Shown piece by piece: positions 9,130 through 18,964 of a DNA stretch of 64,000 nucleotides. The notes under the pieces were generated by a model. That model did no database searches, had not been told where the DNA came from, and saw nothing but the letters and a program-made list of their open reading frames with translations. The DNA comes from a virus (lineage: Duplodnaviria; Caudoviricetes): positions 128,001 through 192,000 of the IMG/VR virus record IMGVR_UViG_3300042013_000067; one strand, 5' to 3'. Made by a program: the position numbers and the translations under genes. Numbering within the stretch: the first letter of the stretch is position 1; every line of letters begins with the position of its first letter.

Positions 9130-10604
9130 TTTTTGAGAATGAACTGTGTATAAGGGCATGTGTAGATCAACACACCATCAGTACAATCCACTACGGTTGT
9201 GAAGGAGTAGCACAGCGGACCACTGGCAACAACTAGGACTGAGACTTTCGGCTCAGACTCAGCAATACGTGCCAAGGTATTACGAACCGGAATATCCAGC
9301 CCCAGTACCAATTTCAGCTTTATTTCAACGCCACTCACAACCGCAGGGATTTCAATGAATGACGTATTATTGGTTATGGTCGCGTGCAGTTTGTTTACGG
9401 GCTTTTTCTTGCCCTCTTGGTGGACGTAGAACAGTTGGTCAGTGATATCAATGACCTGAACTGCTTTACCAACGTTGCCGTTGCAGTAGTCGTCCAGTTG
9501 TTGCTTTAGCACGCTGAAAAGTTTGACGGCTTCATACGCTTGCTTTGGCGGACTCAGAGTCTTGCTCACCAGCGTATCGTCTGGCGCTACTGTCGCCTGG
9601 ATGTTCTTAACCTTGGCGAATCCCGCGTCCCCCATCTCCATGTACCGCTTGCGCAGGTTTGGCGTCAGGACGTTATCCAAACGCAAAATAGCGGGTTGCG
9701 AATACAACGAAACATGGTTCCGCCTGTGGTTGTCCATCAACTCTTCCAGGTAAGGATCACGCTCCGGGGTCTTGAGGATGCAGAATACTGCTTCAGCCAA
9801 GCGGCGCCCTAGGATCAAATCCGTTTTAGCGATCTTCTCCATGGTGCTGTCAGTTTGTTTGTGGCCATACGTGTGTGCACGACCCAATGAGTACATGCAG
9901 TAGTAGTTGCCCTGTTCCAATGGAACAGCAGCAGCTGCATCGAACAACAGCCGTGTCCGTTGCAACAACGGGTTAGCGGCTTCGATCTTGTTGGCCTGTA
10001 CGATCTCGTTATACGTGACCGTAACTTTGTCGGTGCGGTAGGCAGTAGCCAAGAGAGCATTACCATCAGCGCATTCATTGCCGCGATGGCCAGCGTGACC
10101 TTTGATCCACTCGATATCGAGGTTTCGGCCTTCTGCTAGCCACGCGTCTTTGACGGTGACCAGGTGCTCCCAGTACTCACGGTTAGCGACGGGACTACCG
10201 TCGGGTTTAATCCAGTCGTTCTTGACCCACTTGGGTATGCTGCGGAACAGGTTCTTCTGCACATACTCACTGTCGGTGTAGACCAACAACTTCTGGACGT
10301 CTGCTTCTTTGGCTAGACCAAAGGTTTCGATAACGGCTTGCAGCTCGGCGACGTTGTTCGTTACCTTCCGGGCGGGAACGGTGGCGTAAGCATCCACGTA
10401 AGTTACGATAGCGCAACTCTCTGCGAGCGGCACTTCTTGGTAACCTTTAGGGGTGGGTAATTGTTTTTCCCCCTTGGCGTGCTCTAGTGCACCTGCGGTG
10501 TACACGTAAGCATGCACACCCCAACCGGCTAACCCACGACGGAAACTGCCGTCAGCGTAGGCCACCATGCCTACCTTAGTGGGCTCAGTCGATTCAGTGC
10601 TCAT
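9126..10604 (-). CDS. rnhA: Ribonuclease HI with long C-terminal extension (phiKZ gp155-like)
   Basis: YADGSF..GWG, TNNVAELQAV, VYTDSEYV, WIKGHAGHRGNECAD catalytic motifs. Confidence 0.93.
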   Translation of the reverse strand: MSTESTEPTKVGMVAYADGSFRRGLAGWGVHAYVYTAGALEHAKGEKQLPTPKGYQEVPLAESCAIVTYVDAYATVPARKVTNNVAELQAVIETFGLAKEADVQKLLVYTDSEYVQKNLFRSIPKWVKNDWIKPDGSPVANREYWEHLVTVKDAWLAEGRNLDIEWIKGHAGHRGNECADGNALLATAYRTDKVTVTYNEIVQANKIEAANPLLQRTRLLFDAAAAVPLEQGNYYCMYSLGRAHTYGHKQTDSTMEKIAKTDLILGRRLAEAVFCILKTPERDPYLEELMDNHRRNHVSLYSQPAILRLDNVLTPNLRKRYMEMGDAGFAKVKNIQATVAPDDTLVSKTLSPPKQAYEAVKLFSVLKQQLDDYCNGNVGKAVQVIDITDQLFYVHQEGKKKPVNKLHATITNNTSFIEIPAVVSGVEIKLKLVLGLDIPVRNTLARIAESEPKVSVLVVASGPLCYSFTTVVDCTDGVLIYTCPYTQFILKK

Positions 10605-10655
10605 CTTGCGGCATCCTTAAATTGAATAACTACACTATTTCGGGGATGCGTATAA

Positions 10656-11069
10656 CTATCCCTGACACCCGGTCAGATGCGTGCGGTGAGCATCATCAAT
10701 GACTTTACGTTCACGTTTAATCAACATGCGCAGTTCATTGATGTAGCCAGCAATCGCTGTCTCCAGTTCCGTGCCACCGAGGGGCGTGAAGTCAGGTTTT
10801 ACCGGCAACGTCTGACGTGTGGGGATAACAAATGGAATACACCCTGTTCGTATTACGGGCCGTTCCTTCGGAGTTTCCCTAGGGGTAGATGGACGTGACG
10901 CCACCTTGGCTCGCTGCGGTGCTTCCTTCTCCACAGTTTTGGTTTTTACAGTACGGTAAGTTTTAACTTCGGTGGTGTGATGCGTGACATCAGACTGTCG
11001 TGCATCGATCACCACACACCCCGGCAATACACCGAGTAGGAGGCCGACGGCCAGCTTAGCAAGGCGCAT
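10656..11069 (-). CDS. Lipoprotein, candidate o-spanin
   Basis: Basic N-terminus, hydrophobic core and lipobox LPG|C at Cys18; Pro-rich middle region; extra cysteines. Confidence 0.6.
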   Translation of the reverse strand: MRLAKLAVGLLLGVLPGCVVIDARQSDVTHHTTEVKTYRTVKTKTVEKEAPQRAKVASRPSTPRETPKERPVIRTGCIPFVIPTRQTLPVKPDFTPLGGTELETAIAGYINELRMLIKRERKVIDDAHRTHLTGCQG

Positions 11070-11071
11070 AT

Positions 11072-11368
11072 TCAGTCCTTCAGTAGATCATTAAAGCGAT
11101 GGGTTTCGAATGGTGCGACACAGGTACAAGGCACATTCGCCGTTCCAGCCCGATGGGCTGCTTGCTCTTCTTTTAGTTCAGAGAGTCTTATTGTCGAGAT
11201 GACAAGCGACAGCACCAACATGAGAATGATCCCCAGCATGTAGGTGAACAGCAGGTTCTCTCTTATAACTTCGACAACAGTACGATCCTTGAAGATAGCC
11301 GATCGAAGATACGGCCACAAGAGGCGAAGTGCTTTGAAGAGTAATCGACCTAAATTTAAGTACGACAT
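11072..11368 (-). CDS. Membrane protein, candidate i-spanin or holin
   Basis: TM helix LLFTYMLGIILMLVLSLVISTI and a short C-terminal domain with CTC; 2 nt upstream of the lipoprotein gene. Confidence 0.55.
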   Translation of the reverse strand: MSYLNLGRLLFKALRLLWPYLRSAIFKDRTVVEVIRENLLFTYMLGIILMLVLSLVISTIRLSELKEEQAAHRAGTANVPCTCVAPFETHRFNDLLKD

Positions 11369-11568
11369 TTATTGCCTCTATGTTATCAAGCCTTGAGACA
11401 ATACCTACCGTCGACCTCACACAAAAGCCTTCACGATTAGGGTAGGAATCCCATTTTTACTTTTAGTTCATTGGCAGAATATTCAATTATAGTGGTGTCC
11501 CACTTTAGGTGTCAATGGAAAAGTGGTTGATTTTATAGTGGAACCAAATCTACACCACAGCTGAGGAA

Positions 11569-12888
11569 ATGCCGTACATGCACACCTTAAAAGGTTTTTA
11601 CACTTACGACAGTACTAGAAACAACCAGCTGAACCAAACCGCCCTCTTCGGTGAGCTGTCGGCAGATAGCGAAAGCTACGCCAAAGACAAGTTGGTTTAC
11701 ACCAACGGGGTTGTGTCTGGTGAGACGTCACTGGTTGTCTTCTATACCGTTAAGGACGAGGTGCGGGTTGAACTCCCAATCACCGTTTCCAACAACGCTC
11801 TGACTATCGGTGCATGGCTGCTGGCACGTGCTCGTGCTGGCCAAATCCCGACTGACGCTTTTGTATTGCGTCAACAACTCAACGCCGAATTCAGTACAGC
11901 TGCAGCTGACTTCCAAATCGGTGCCCTGCTGTCCGACGGCACTCTGCGTCTGCCTGAGTGGGTCAGCTACACCGACACCACCACAGCAGAACCCACCATT
12001 GCTACCTGGTGGTTGTCGGATACCAGCTTCCGCAACCAATACGACGAGTTCACCATCGAGGTTGTCCCGCCAATCTTGCCGTTGAATGACTTCTTCAAAG
12101 ATCCACTGTTGGTTAAGCAGCTGTTGGCTGCCTATGACCTCGTGGCTAAAACCGAGGAAGTGCAGGCCAAGCGCGGTGAATACCCATTCACCATGATCAA
12201 GACCTTCCGTTACGACTACCACAACCCAGCGAACCAAGCGGATAAAACACCGACGTACTGGATGGTGATCATCTACGGTCAAGCGGGTAACAACCCTGAC
12301 TTGATCCGTGAGGCCATCGTTAAGCAGGTGTTGGACAACTCCACACACACTCAAGAAGAATGGGCGGCAATCCTGCCTGACCTGTTTCGCACCACGGAGT
12401 TCATCTTCACCCCTTTCTGGGATCAGTACTCAATCCCTAACCACGAGTTCCAAGCGGGCATCTACAGTCCGACGGTTGACCCACGTGAACGCCTAGCGCT
12501 GCTTAAGCGTACCGCGCGGGGTGCCGGTTACAACGACCTGTACGTTGAGAACCGTTATGAACTCACTCTCAACATCTACAAGTCTCTGGCGATGGGTGTC
12601 TTGGGCAACCCTGACAACCGCGACGGGATCACGCAGTTCTCGGACAAATGGTCTGAGTACATGGTCGTGACGAACAACACCCCAGATGCCGACCGCATGT
12701 CAGCGGATACGGCTGAGTGGTCTGCCTTGTTCAGCCGCTTGCTTGTGGCTGCTGAAGAAATGACCATGTTCACCAGCGTGCCCGTGGGTCTGTCTCGTAT
12801 CCGTCGTGACGGTATCGTCTACGCCTCGGGCTTCTATAAGAACGTAAACTACCTGGTGGTTGCAAAACCAACCGTGGAATCCCTGTAA
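11569..12888 (+). CDS. Virion structural protein (phiKZ-like conserved)
   Basis: 439-aa ORF with GAGG RBS (the start may be 11578); first gene of a structural block. Confidence 0.65.
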   Translation: MPYMHTLKGFYTYDSTRNNQLNQTALFGELSADSESYAKDKLVYTNGVVSGETSLVVFYTVKDEVRVELPITVSNNALTIGAWLLARARAGQIPTDAFVLRQQLNAEFSTAAADFQIGALLSDGTLRLPEWVSYTDTTTAEPTIATWWLSDTSFRNQYDEFTIEVVPPILPLNDFFKDPLLVKQLLAAYDLVAKTEEVQAKRGEYPFTMIKTFRYDYHNPANQADKTPTYWMVIIYGQAGNNPDLIREAIVKQVLDNSTHTQEEWAAILPDLFRTTEFIFTPFWDQYSIPNHEFQAGIYSPTVDPRERLALLKRTARGAGYNDLYVENRYELTLNIYKSLAMGVLGNPDNRDGITQFSDKWSEYMVVTNNTPDADRMSADTAEWSALFSRLLVAAEEMTMFTSVPVGLSRIRRDGIVYASGFYKNVNYLVVAKPTVESL

Positions 12889-12891
12889 CGT

Positions 12892-12923
12892 CATAAAAGG
12901 GGAGGGTAGCCTCCCCTTTTATG
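12892..12923 (+). terminator. Perfect 14-bp hairpin terminator
   Basis: CATAAAAGGGGAGG-GTAG-CCTCCCCTTTTATG. Confidence 0.85.
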
Positions 12924-12945
12924 TTTGTGTTATGACGAGGCGTTT

Positions 12946-14652
12946 ATGCGAAACTTAACCATACCCTTCACGGCGAACATGCCGGGCACAAACACATACA
13001 CGTTGTTGTTTAACCAAATCCAAGCGCAACACCCGACCTTGGGTATTGATCAAACAACACACTTCGTTAAGACCATCAAACAACTACCTACACGGGTAAG
13101 ACCGTCGCAGTCGATTGCAGTCATTGGCTCTCGTACTGATGCGGCTTACGAGGAGCGGTTTCGTTATGATCGCTGGCCTATTTCTCGCTACTTGACCAAC
13201 CCCCTGTTTAGCGTGGAAGAACTACCCATCGTACAGGGATTGGACGAGATCGGTCTGTTAGCCTACCTCACTACCAAACTGGGTCTTAACTTCAACAACC
13301 TAGACTTCGTGGTTCGTAATGCTGGGATCGTTTATACCGGTGGTGAAGTCCGCCCTAACTGGCGTGTAATCCCTGCGCCTGAATCACCCTTCTGGTATCA
13401 CGATCAGATCCTTTGGCTGCACGGCGGTAGCCCGGTAGACCCAGGCCCGGATCCTGATCCGCTCACTATCGTCTACACCTACGATCCACCGTTTAGCAAT
13501 CCATACACCAACCCAGTCGCTAACGAGACTGTGCTCTACACAGACTACTATATCAAGGCAAAGGGTTTGTTCAGCAACGTACGGGCAGCGATGGACGTAT
13601 GGTTCTCGGGGAACTTCACCGTAGACTACACCCCTACCGCCAACACGGTGTTGATCAATGAGCACATCCCGCATAACCTCACGACGGGATTGGTAGAATA
13701 TGCTGATGATTACAGCAATGACGCCACGTCTCATCAGTTCGACATTCTTAACCAAGGCTTCTACAATGGTTACGCCGGTGTGTTCAATGACACACTCGCT
13801 GGCCACAAAGGGATCTACACCAGCTACTCCACTTGGAACGAAGAAGAACCAGACGTAGTGGGTAGTCCGGCAGAGATCGATGTGGTCGTGCCACAGGTCG
13901 CTGACTTCTATGGCTCCGTGCCGTTTATGGTCAGTCGTCAACCGTACATGATCGAAATCGGTTTCCGTCCTTCTGTAGACACCCCCGTGGGCAGCACGTG
14001 GGTGGACAACATGGGCCTGCCCGGTGTGATCGGTGCTTTCTTTGGGACAGACCAAAAGAACCTGACGTTCGATGGTCCTCTCGCTGGGTTCTCGGGTGTC
14101 GTAAAGCGTGGTGCGTATGGTAAGCACGTCGCTGACCTTCTGGTGGCCGACATTCGTTGTGGTGTGCTGTATCGTGATGGCATGGCTCAAGTTATCGTTA
14201 ACGGTACTCCTGTACTACAGCGAACGATTGCCTTTGGTATCGAGATGTTCATGCAAGTGACTCTTGAGTTCTTTACACTGGGGGCTAACAACGTCACCTA
14301 CCTTGGTGTGGCTGGCCATCAGCAAGCACTGGCTGAGGGGCAGATCCCTAAGCTCTTCTCCAACATTAAAGCCAAATGCACCATGGCTGAAGTGCATATG
14401 GGTGAGGTGGGTACTTACCAAGCCATCTCAGCGGGTAACTTGGGTAACCGTACGCGTACTGTCGCGGGTGGGTCCACCACATTCGCGGCTACTGGGGCTA
14501 GTCCTACCTTCGACTTCAATCTCGCCGACAGTGTATTTTACACCGTCAGTGACTGCGTCTGTACGTCGCCACTGTACGGGATTCGCTCGTGGGTTGACGT
14601 CGCTACGAAGTACGATAAAGAACTCATGACCAGTCGGGTCATCACGCCATAA
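12946..14652 (+). CDS. Putative tail fibre / receptor-binding protein
   Basis: N-terminal ~160 aa resembles the shared phiKZ fibre-type anchor (RFRYDR..., LL..L..K.GL, A.ES.FW), then a PVDPGPDPDP linker and a beta-rich C-terminus; GAGG RBS. Confidence 0.55.
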   Translation: MRNLTIPFTANMPGTNTYTLLFNQIQAQHPTLGIDQTTHFVKTIKQLPTRVRPSQSIAVIGSRTDAAYEERFRYDRWPISRYLTNPLFSVEELPIVQGLDEIGLLAYLTTKLGLNFNNLDFVVRNAGIVYTGGEVRPNWRVIPAPESPFWYHDQILWLHGGSPVDPGPDPDPLTIVYTYDPPFSNPYTNPVANETVLYTDYYIKAKGLFSNVRAAMDVWFSGNFTVDYTPTANTVLINEHIPHNLTTGLVEYADDYSNDATSHQFDILNQGFYNGYAGVFNDTLAGHKGIYTSYSTWNEEEPDVVGSPAEIDVVVPQVADFYGSVPFMVSRQPYMIEIGFRPSVDTPVGSTWVDNMGLPGVIGAFFGTDQKNLTFDGPLAGFSGVVKRGAYGKHVADLLVADIRCGVLYRDGMAQVIVNGTPVLQRTIAFGIEMFMQVTLEFFTLGANNVTYLGVAGHQQALAEGQIPKLFSNIKAKCTMAEVHMGEVGTYQAISAGNLGNRTRTVAGGSTTFAATGASPTFDFNLADSVFYTVSDCVCTSPLYGIRSWVDVATKYDKELMTSRVITP

Positions 14653-14692
14653 TGCTTTAATTCTGTGACAAAACCCTCGGAAGGACTTCCTC

Positions 14693-15307
14693 ATGGCGCT
14701 TAACGTACCGCCGCCGGGTACACGCGGCCTGTACAGCTTGAAAGCACCGTTCACTACCGTGCCTAACCAGCTCTATAGCTGCGGTGCTATCCGCTATTTC
14801 AAAGATATCCAGAACCAGGGTATCGATATCTACGAACATTATTACCAGCCCAAGGGTCTGTTACAATCGGATTACACCCGAGACCTTGCTGCGGATGTGG
14901 TGATCGTCTCCCTGATCAGCGATTCTCAAGCGCCGATCTATGTGCCGAGCTCGTACATTCTCTCGTACCCTGGTCTCACCAGTTTCAATTACCAGTACGT
15001 TGTGCTGAGCCTCGCCTTGGGTGCTTTACCCGACACCTTGGACTTGACATTCCTCAAGAACCAACTGGCCACAGCAGCATCGGCAGTGATCGGTGTTCTA
15101 CCGACGGTCTTTGAGAACGTTGCAGCGTCTACTGGCGTAGTGACACCAGTGCAACATGATGCTCTAGAAGCGGCACGTCAAGCAGCCGTGACCAACAGCA
15201 CTACCGATTACGCGAAGTACATCGAAGAGCGTGCTAAGCGCATTGTTCTCGAAGAAAAACTGGCTGCTTTGGAAGAACTTATTATCAGCCAAGGCATACT
15301 TACCTAA
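14693..15307 (+). CDS. Virion structural protein
   Basis: PPPG.RGLY.LK.PF, YVP.SYI..YP, VL.L.LG.LP pattern recalled from phiKZ-like virion proteins; C-terminal coiled coil. Confidence 0.6.
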   Translation: MALNVPPPGTRGLYSLKAPFTTVPNQLYSCGAIRYFKDIQNQGIDIYEHYYQPKGLLQSDYTRDLAADVVIVSLISDSQAPIYVPSSYILSYPGLTSFNYQYVVLSLALGALPDTLDLTFLKNQLATAASAVIGVLPTVFENVAASTGVVTPVQHDALEAARQAAVTNSTTDYAKYIEERAKRIVLEEKLAALEELIISQGILT

Positions 15308-15345
15308 CAACCATATGTAGTTACCTTCTGCAACTGGAGTACCAA

Positions 15346-17520
15346 ATGAGCGAGAATAACCTGGACTGGCTGTCCCGCGTTTCTCAGGAAGATTCCGAGA
15401 AAGCCAACATCACACCCGAGGGTATCAACCCTAAAGCCGAGACCGAAGCGGTCAACGTCGTCGGTGGTGATGAGAAACTCACCAACGAAGGCAAAGGCAC
15501 CGGCAACCACGAAGTCAATCTGAAAGATGACACCGTGCCGGATGACAACGCTGCCGCTGCCAAAGCTGAGGGCGAGATTGGCGTTAAGGTTTCGAATGAA
15601 TCCGCCAGCGGCCCAGACATCCACATCGATCTGAAACCTTCGACCGAAGACGGTGAAGAAGATGAGCAAGCCAAAGCCGACGCAGAAGCCGCCGCAGCGG
15701 CAGCCGGTACCGAGGGTGAACCTCCAGTTGAACCAGTTGAGCCTATGGGTGAACCGGGCACTGAACCAGTTGAGCCGCCAGTCGTAGTCGACGAGCAGAG
15801 TACAACACCAGTGGGCGAGGTTGTACCTCCTGCTGAACCTACCGAACCGGTAGTGCCGGTGGAACCTGTTGCTGATGACGTACCAGTCGAACCCGCTGCT
15901 GACGATGCCCCTGTTATCCCGGCTGGTACTGAGCCAACTGAACCGGCATTGCCAGTTGAAGGCACCGAAGCCTCAGTGCTGCCAGCCGAAGGCGAGACGG
16001 TTGCTGCGCCTGTTGTCGACGCCCCAGCTGTGCCGGGTGCTAACCCAATGGACAGCGAGCCTGAGCCAAACGTTGTGGTCGGCACTGGCGCGACCGAACC
16101 TATGACCGAACTGGAAACTGGCATCAAGGAAGGCGCTGAGCCTGAAGTTCCTGTGGCCATCGATCCAGTGATCGAAATCAAGGAAGGTACTGACGCGGCT
16201 GTGGCCGATGCTCAAGCCAACCCTGAAGACGGTGGTGCACCTGTACTGCCAGCGGAGCCAACTGACGGCGCCCAACCAGCTGAACCGGTCGAAGGCGTCG
16301 TACCGACTGACCTGGTGCCTGCAGAAGACGAGGAAGAAGTCCCTGCCGAAGAAGACTTCGACGCTCAAGCGGATGAATCGATCTTCACCGAGTTCAACGA
16401 AACTGACGAAGATACCGGTGACCTGACCGCGATGCAAACCGCGCTCGAAGGTTACACCGAAATTCTGAACAGCGTCAGCCGTCGTGGTGATGTGGTTTCG
16501 CCGCAGTTGGCACGGTCGATCCGTATCGGTCTGCAAGCATTCCGTGGTGAAGACCTCGACAAAGGCATTCCTTCGATGGAAGACTTTGAAGATCCAGTTG
16601 GTGCCATGACTGTTTCCAACGAACTGGCGGAAGACATCAAGCACAAAGCCAGTCAGGTCGGTAGTGCTGTGATGGCCGCTATCCGTCGCCTGCTGGAAAC
16701 TCTGGGTGATGCACTGGCGCAAGTCAAGCACAACGTACCAGCACTGGAACAAGCCAACGTAGCACTGGCTGCTCGTGTCGCCAAACTGCAAGGCAGTAAG
16801 GTATCGGGCAAGATCAGCGTGAAAGGTGCTGAGCGTCTGTTCGTCGGTGGTAACTTCGGTGGCGATACGCAACTGAACTACAACTACCTCTCCACGTTCT
16901 CGACCAAGTTCCTGGTTGATTACCCAATCGCAATGGCTGCGGTAATGGCCAAGTTCCAAGCGAGCGAAACCAAAGACGTTGCAGCGTTGGCTGAAGCCAT
17001 CGGTACTGGCTTCCTGCCTAACCAGTGGGGTCTGTTGGGTATCGATGCTGCCAAGGCGCCTGAGCAGTTCAGCAAGTACGACGCGGTGTTCGCCAGCCAG
17101 ACGTTGATCGGTAACGGTCGCATCTACGCCGGTAAGAAAGCGTCAAGCGGCAACTTGTCGAGCATCTCTGATGTCTGGGCGATTGCCTTCATCAAGTCCG
17201 ATGCTGACATCGATCCAGCGGCTACCGAAGTCAACCTGCCTGATGCCACCAACCTGAAACTGATTGTTACTGCATTGGGCAATCTGATCAGCAAGGTTCC
17301 GCAACTGGCTGACATGCAACGTGGTGGCTTCAAGCGTGCTCAAGATGGTATCAGTAAGTCTCTGGGTGCTGAAGGCCTGGGTGACGCTGGTGCGGGCTTG
17401 GTGCGTTCGTTGACTGTACCGACCGGTAATCTGGTGGGTCATGTGGTCAACACCATCAAGGTTGCTCAAGCGTTCGTGTCGCACTGCATCACGCAGCACG
17501 AAAACGGCGGCCAAGCCTAA
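15346..17520 (+). CDS. Internal head (inner body/ejection) protein with long acidic Pro/Glu-rich propeptide (phiKZ gp162-like)
   Basis: GGAG RBS; low-complexity acidic N-terminal half; candidate A/S-X-E cleavage sites TALE, PSME, VSNE; coiled coil. Confidence 0.72.
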   Translation: MSENNLDWLSRVSQEDSEKANITPEGINPKAETEAVNVVGGDEKLTNEGKGTGNHEVNLKDDTVPDDNAAAAKAEGEIGVKVSNESASGPDIHIDLKPSTEDGEEDEQAKADAEAAAAAAGTEGEPPVEPVEPMGEPGTEPVEPPVVVDEQSTTPVGEVVPPAEPTEPVVPVEPVADDVPVEPAADDAPVIPAGTEPTEPALPVEGTEASVLPAEGETVAAPVVDAPAVPGANPMDSEPEPNVVVGTGATEPMTELETGIKEGAEPEVPVAIDPVIEIKEGTDAAVADAQANPEDGGAPVLPAEPTDGAQPAEPVEGVVPTDLVPAEDEEEVPAEEDFDAQADESIFTEFNETDEDTGDLTAMQTALEGYTEILNSVSRRGDVVSPQLARSIRIGLQAFRGEDLDKGIPSMEDFEDPVGAMTVSNELAEDIKHKASQVGSAVMAAIRRLLETLGDALAQVKHNVPALEQANVALAARVAKLQGSKVSGKISVKGAERLFVGGNFGGDTQLNYNYLSTFSTKFLVDYPIAMAAVMAKFQASETKDVAALAEAIGTGFLPNQWGLLGIDAAKAPEQFSKYDAVFASQTLIGNGRIYAGKKASSGNLSSISDVWAIAFIKSDADIDPAATEVNLPDATNLKLIVTALGNLISKVPQLADMQRGGFKRAQDGISKSLGAEGLGDAGAGLVRSLTVPTGNLVGHVVNTIKVAQAFVSHCITQHENGGQA

Positions 17521-17569
17521 ACAGCTCGGGGTGGGTCAGCCCACCCCGGCTATTACATCTGAGGTTGAT

Positions 17570-18766
17570 ATGGTCGCTAGCGCGTTTAAGCAACAAGCCG
17601 GTGATGTCGACCACATGTTCAAACTTACCTGTGCGTTGGAAGCTTACGGAGAAATCCTCAAAGGCGATAAGGTCGATGTGGACAGTGCTCTAGGGCGAAG
17701 CATTCAGCTGGGGCTCGAATCGATCGACCCCAGTATTGACTTGAAAGAAGGTTCCTACATCACTCTACGGATGGTTAAGGAAGGTCTGATCAAGGTAGCC
17801 AAGGCTACCCGCGAGGCCATCCGCATTCTGTTCGAGATCGTGGGTAACCTGTACGTCAAGTTCACAGGTAGTCTTGGCCGTGTGCGCGGTCACCAAAAGT
17901 CTGTCTCCAAGCGGCTCGGTCGTTTGGGCAGTCGGGTCTCTTACAAACAAATGGAAATCTCTGGGATCAATCGACTGTCGGTCAACGGTAGCTTCGTTGG
18001 TGGCGATCCGATGGTGCTGGGTGAAATCCGTAACATCTGCGAGCATCTGCTCAACAAACATCCAGCGACTGTGGTTCGGGTAGCGCGGGTGTGCAGTCGT
18101 CGTTTCATCGATCTGGCCGAGAACAATTCGAACGCCAGTAAGAAAGATGTGGCGGTGGCTGGGATGCAGGTGTTCTTGGAAACCCTCGCTGCGGCTATCC
18201 AGCCGGTGCGTGGTGAGACCTTGGTCAAGGCCGGTGAACTCCCTTCGGGTTTCACCACTGGTCGTTACCTGCGCAGTGCTGTGATGCCAGGCAACTGGGC
18301 GTTGGTCTACACCAACCTGCAAGAAGCATTGAATCAATCCAATGTGCAGGATGTGAACCATTACGCCAACGTTATCAAACAGGCCTTCAAGATTGACTTC
18401 GTGGAACTGACGCTGAACACAGCGGACCGTACGCCACGGACGATGGACGTCCCTTCGATCCAGACGCTTTCACAACTGGTCGACGGGATCTCCAAGATCT
18501 TGGATGTGGCTGAGAAAGCCGAGATGGGTCGTCGTGATTTCGCTTCGGTTAAAACCGTGGTGGATGATGCGATCCGCCAAGTGATGGATGTGAAGTCTGA
18601 ATCCGATGGCACCGTCAACACTGCGGTGATTCAGATGTTGGGTAGTATCTCTGAAGTGCTCGCAGCACCGATGGATAACTTCACCCACTGGGTAGCGGTT
18701 ACTATCAACGTTTACCTGAACTTCATCGATCACTGCATCAAGCACTACGAAGTGGAGGGTGTGTGA
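17570..18766 (+). CDS. Internal head protein paralog (phiKZ gp163-like)
   Basis: GAGG RBS before MVASAF; CALE and GLES sites; shares the I.G..RL.V.G.F.G motif with the upstream gene. Confidence 0.72.
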   Translation: MVASAFKQQAGDVDHMFKLTCALEAYGEILKGDKVDVDSALGRSIQLGLESIDPSIDLKEGSYITLRMVKEGLIKVAKATREAIRILFEIVGNLYVKFTGSLGRVRGHQKSVSKRLGRLGSRVSYKQMEISGINRLSVNGSFVGGDPMVLGEIRNICEHLLNKHPATVVRVARVCSRRFIDLAENNSNASKKDVAVAGMQVFLETLAAAIQPVRGETLVKAGELPSGFTTGRYLRSAVMPGNWALVYTNLQEALNQSNVQDVNHYANVIKQAFKIDFVELTLNTADRTPRTMDVPSIQTLSQLVDGISKILDVAEKAEMGRRDFASVKTVVDDAIRQVMDVKSESDGTVNTAVIQMLGSISEVLAAPMDNFTHWVAVTINVYLNFIDHCIKHYEVEGV

Positions 18767-18837
18767 TGTACAAGTATCCATGGGAACGCCTGACTTGGAC
18801 TCCACCCGGTATGGGTGTGGTTCCGAAGCCTGAGTAA
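18766..18837 (+). CDS. 23-aa small ORF (MYKYPWERLTWTPPGMGVVPKPE)
   Basis: TGATG stop/start overlap, GGAGG RBS, ends just before a terminator. Confidence 0.4.
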   Translation: MYKYPWERLTWTPPGMGVVPKPE

Positions 18838-18840
18838 CGA

Positions 18841-18877
18841 ACATACGGCCCTCCCCTAGCGGGAGGGCTTTATGCCG
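18841..18877 (+). terminator. Terminator
   Basis: GCCCTCCC-CTAGC-GGGAGGGC-TTTATGCCG. Confidence 0.8.
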
Positions 18878-18964
18878 AGAATTACATTGGGTAGTAATCT
18901 AGTGCTGGGCATTCCAGTAGATCCCGCATCGGGACATCACACATACCCCACATAGGGCCGTCAC

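Noticed and set aside
11404-11447. CCTACC/GGTAGG-closed hairpin in the divergent intergenic region
   Set aside because: A single moderate stem that is adequately explained as a leader structure; no further support.
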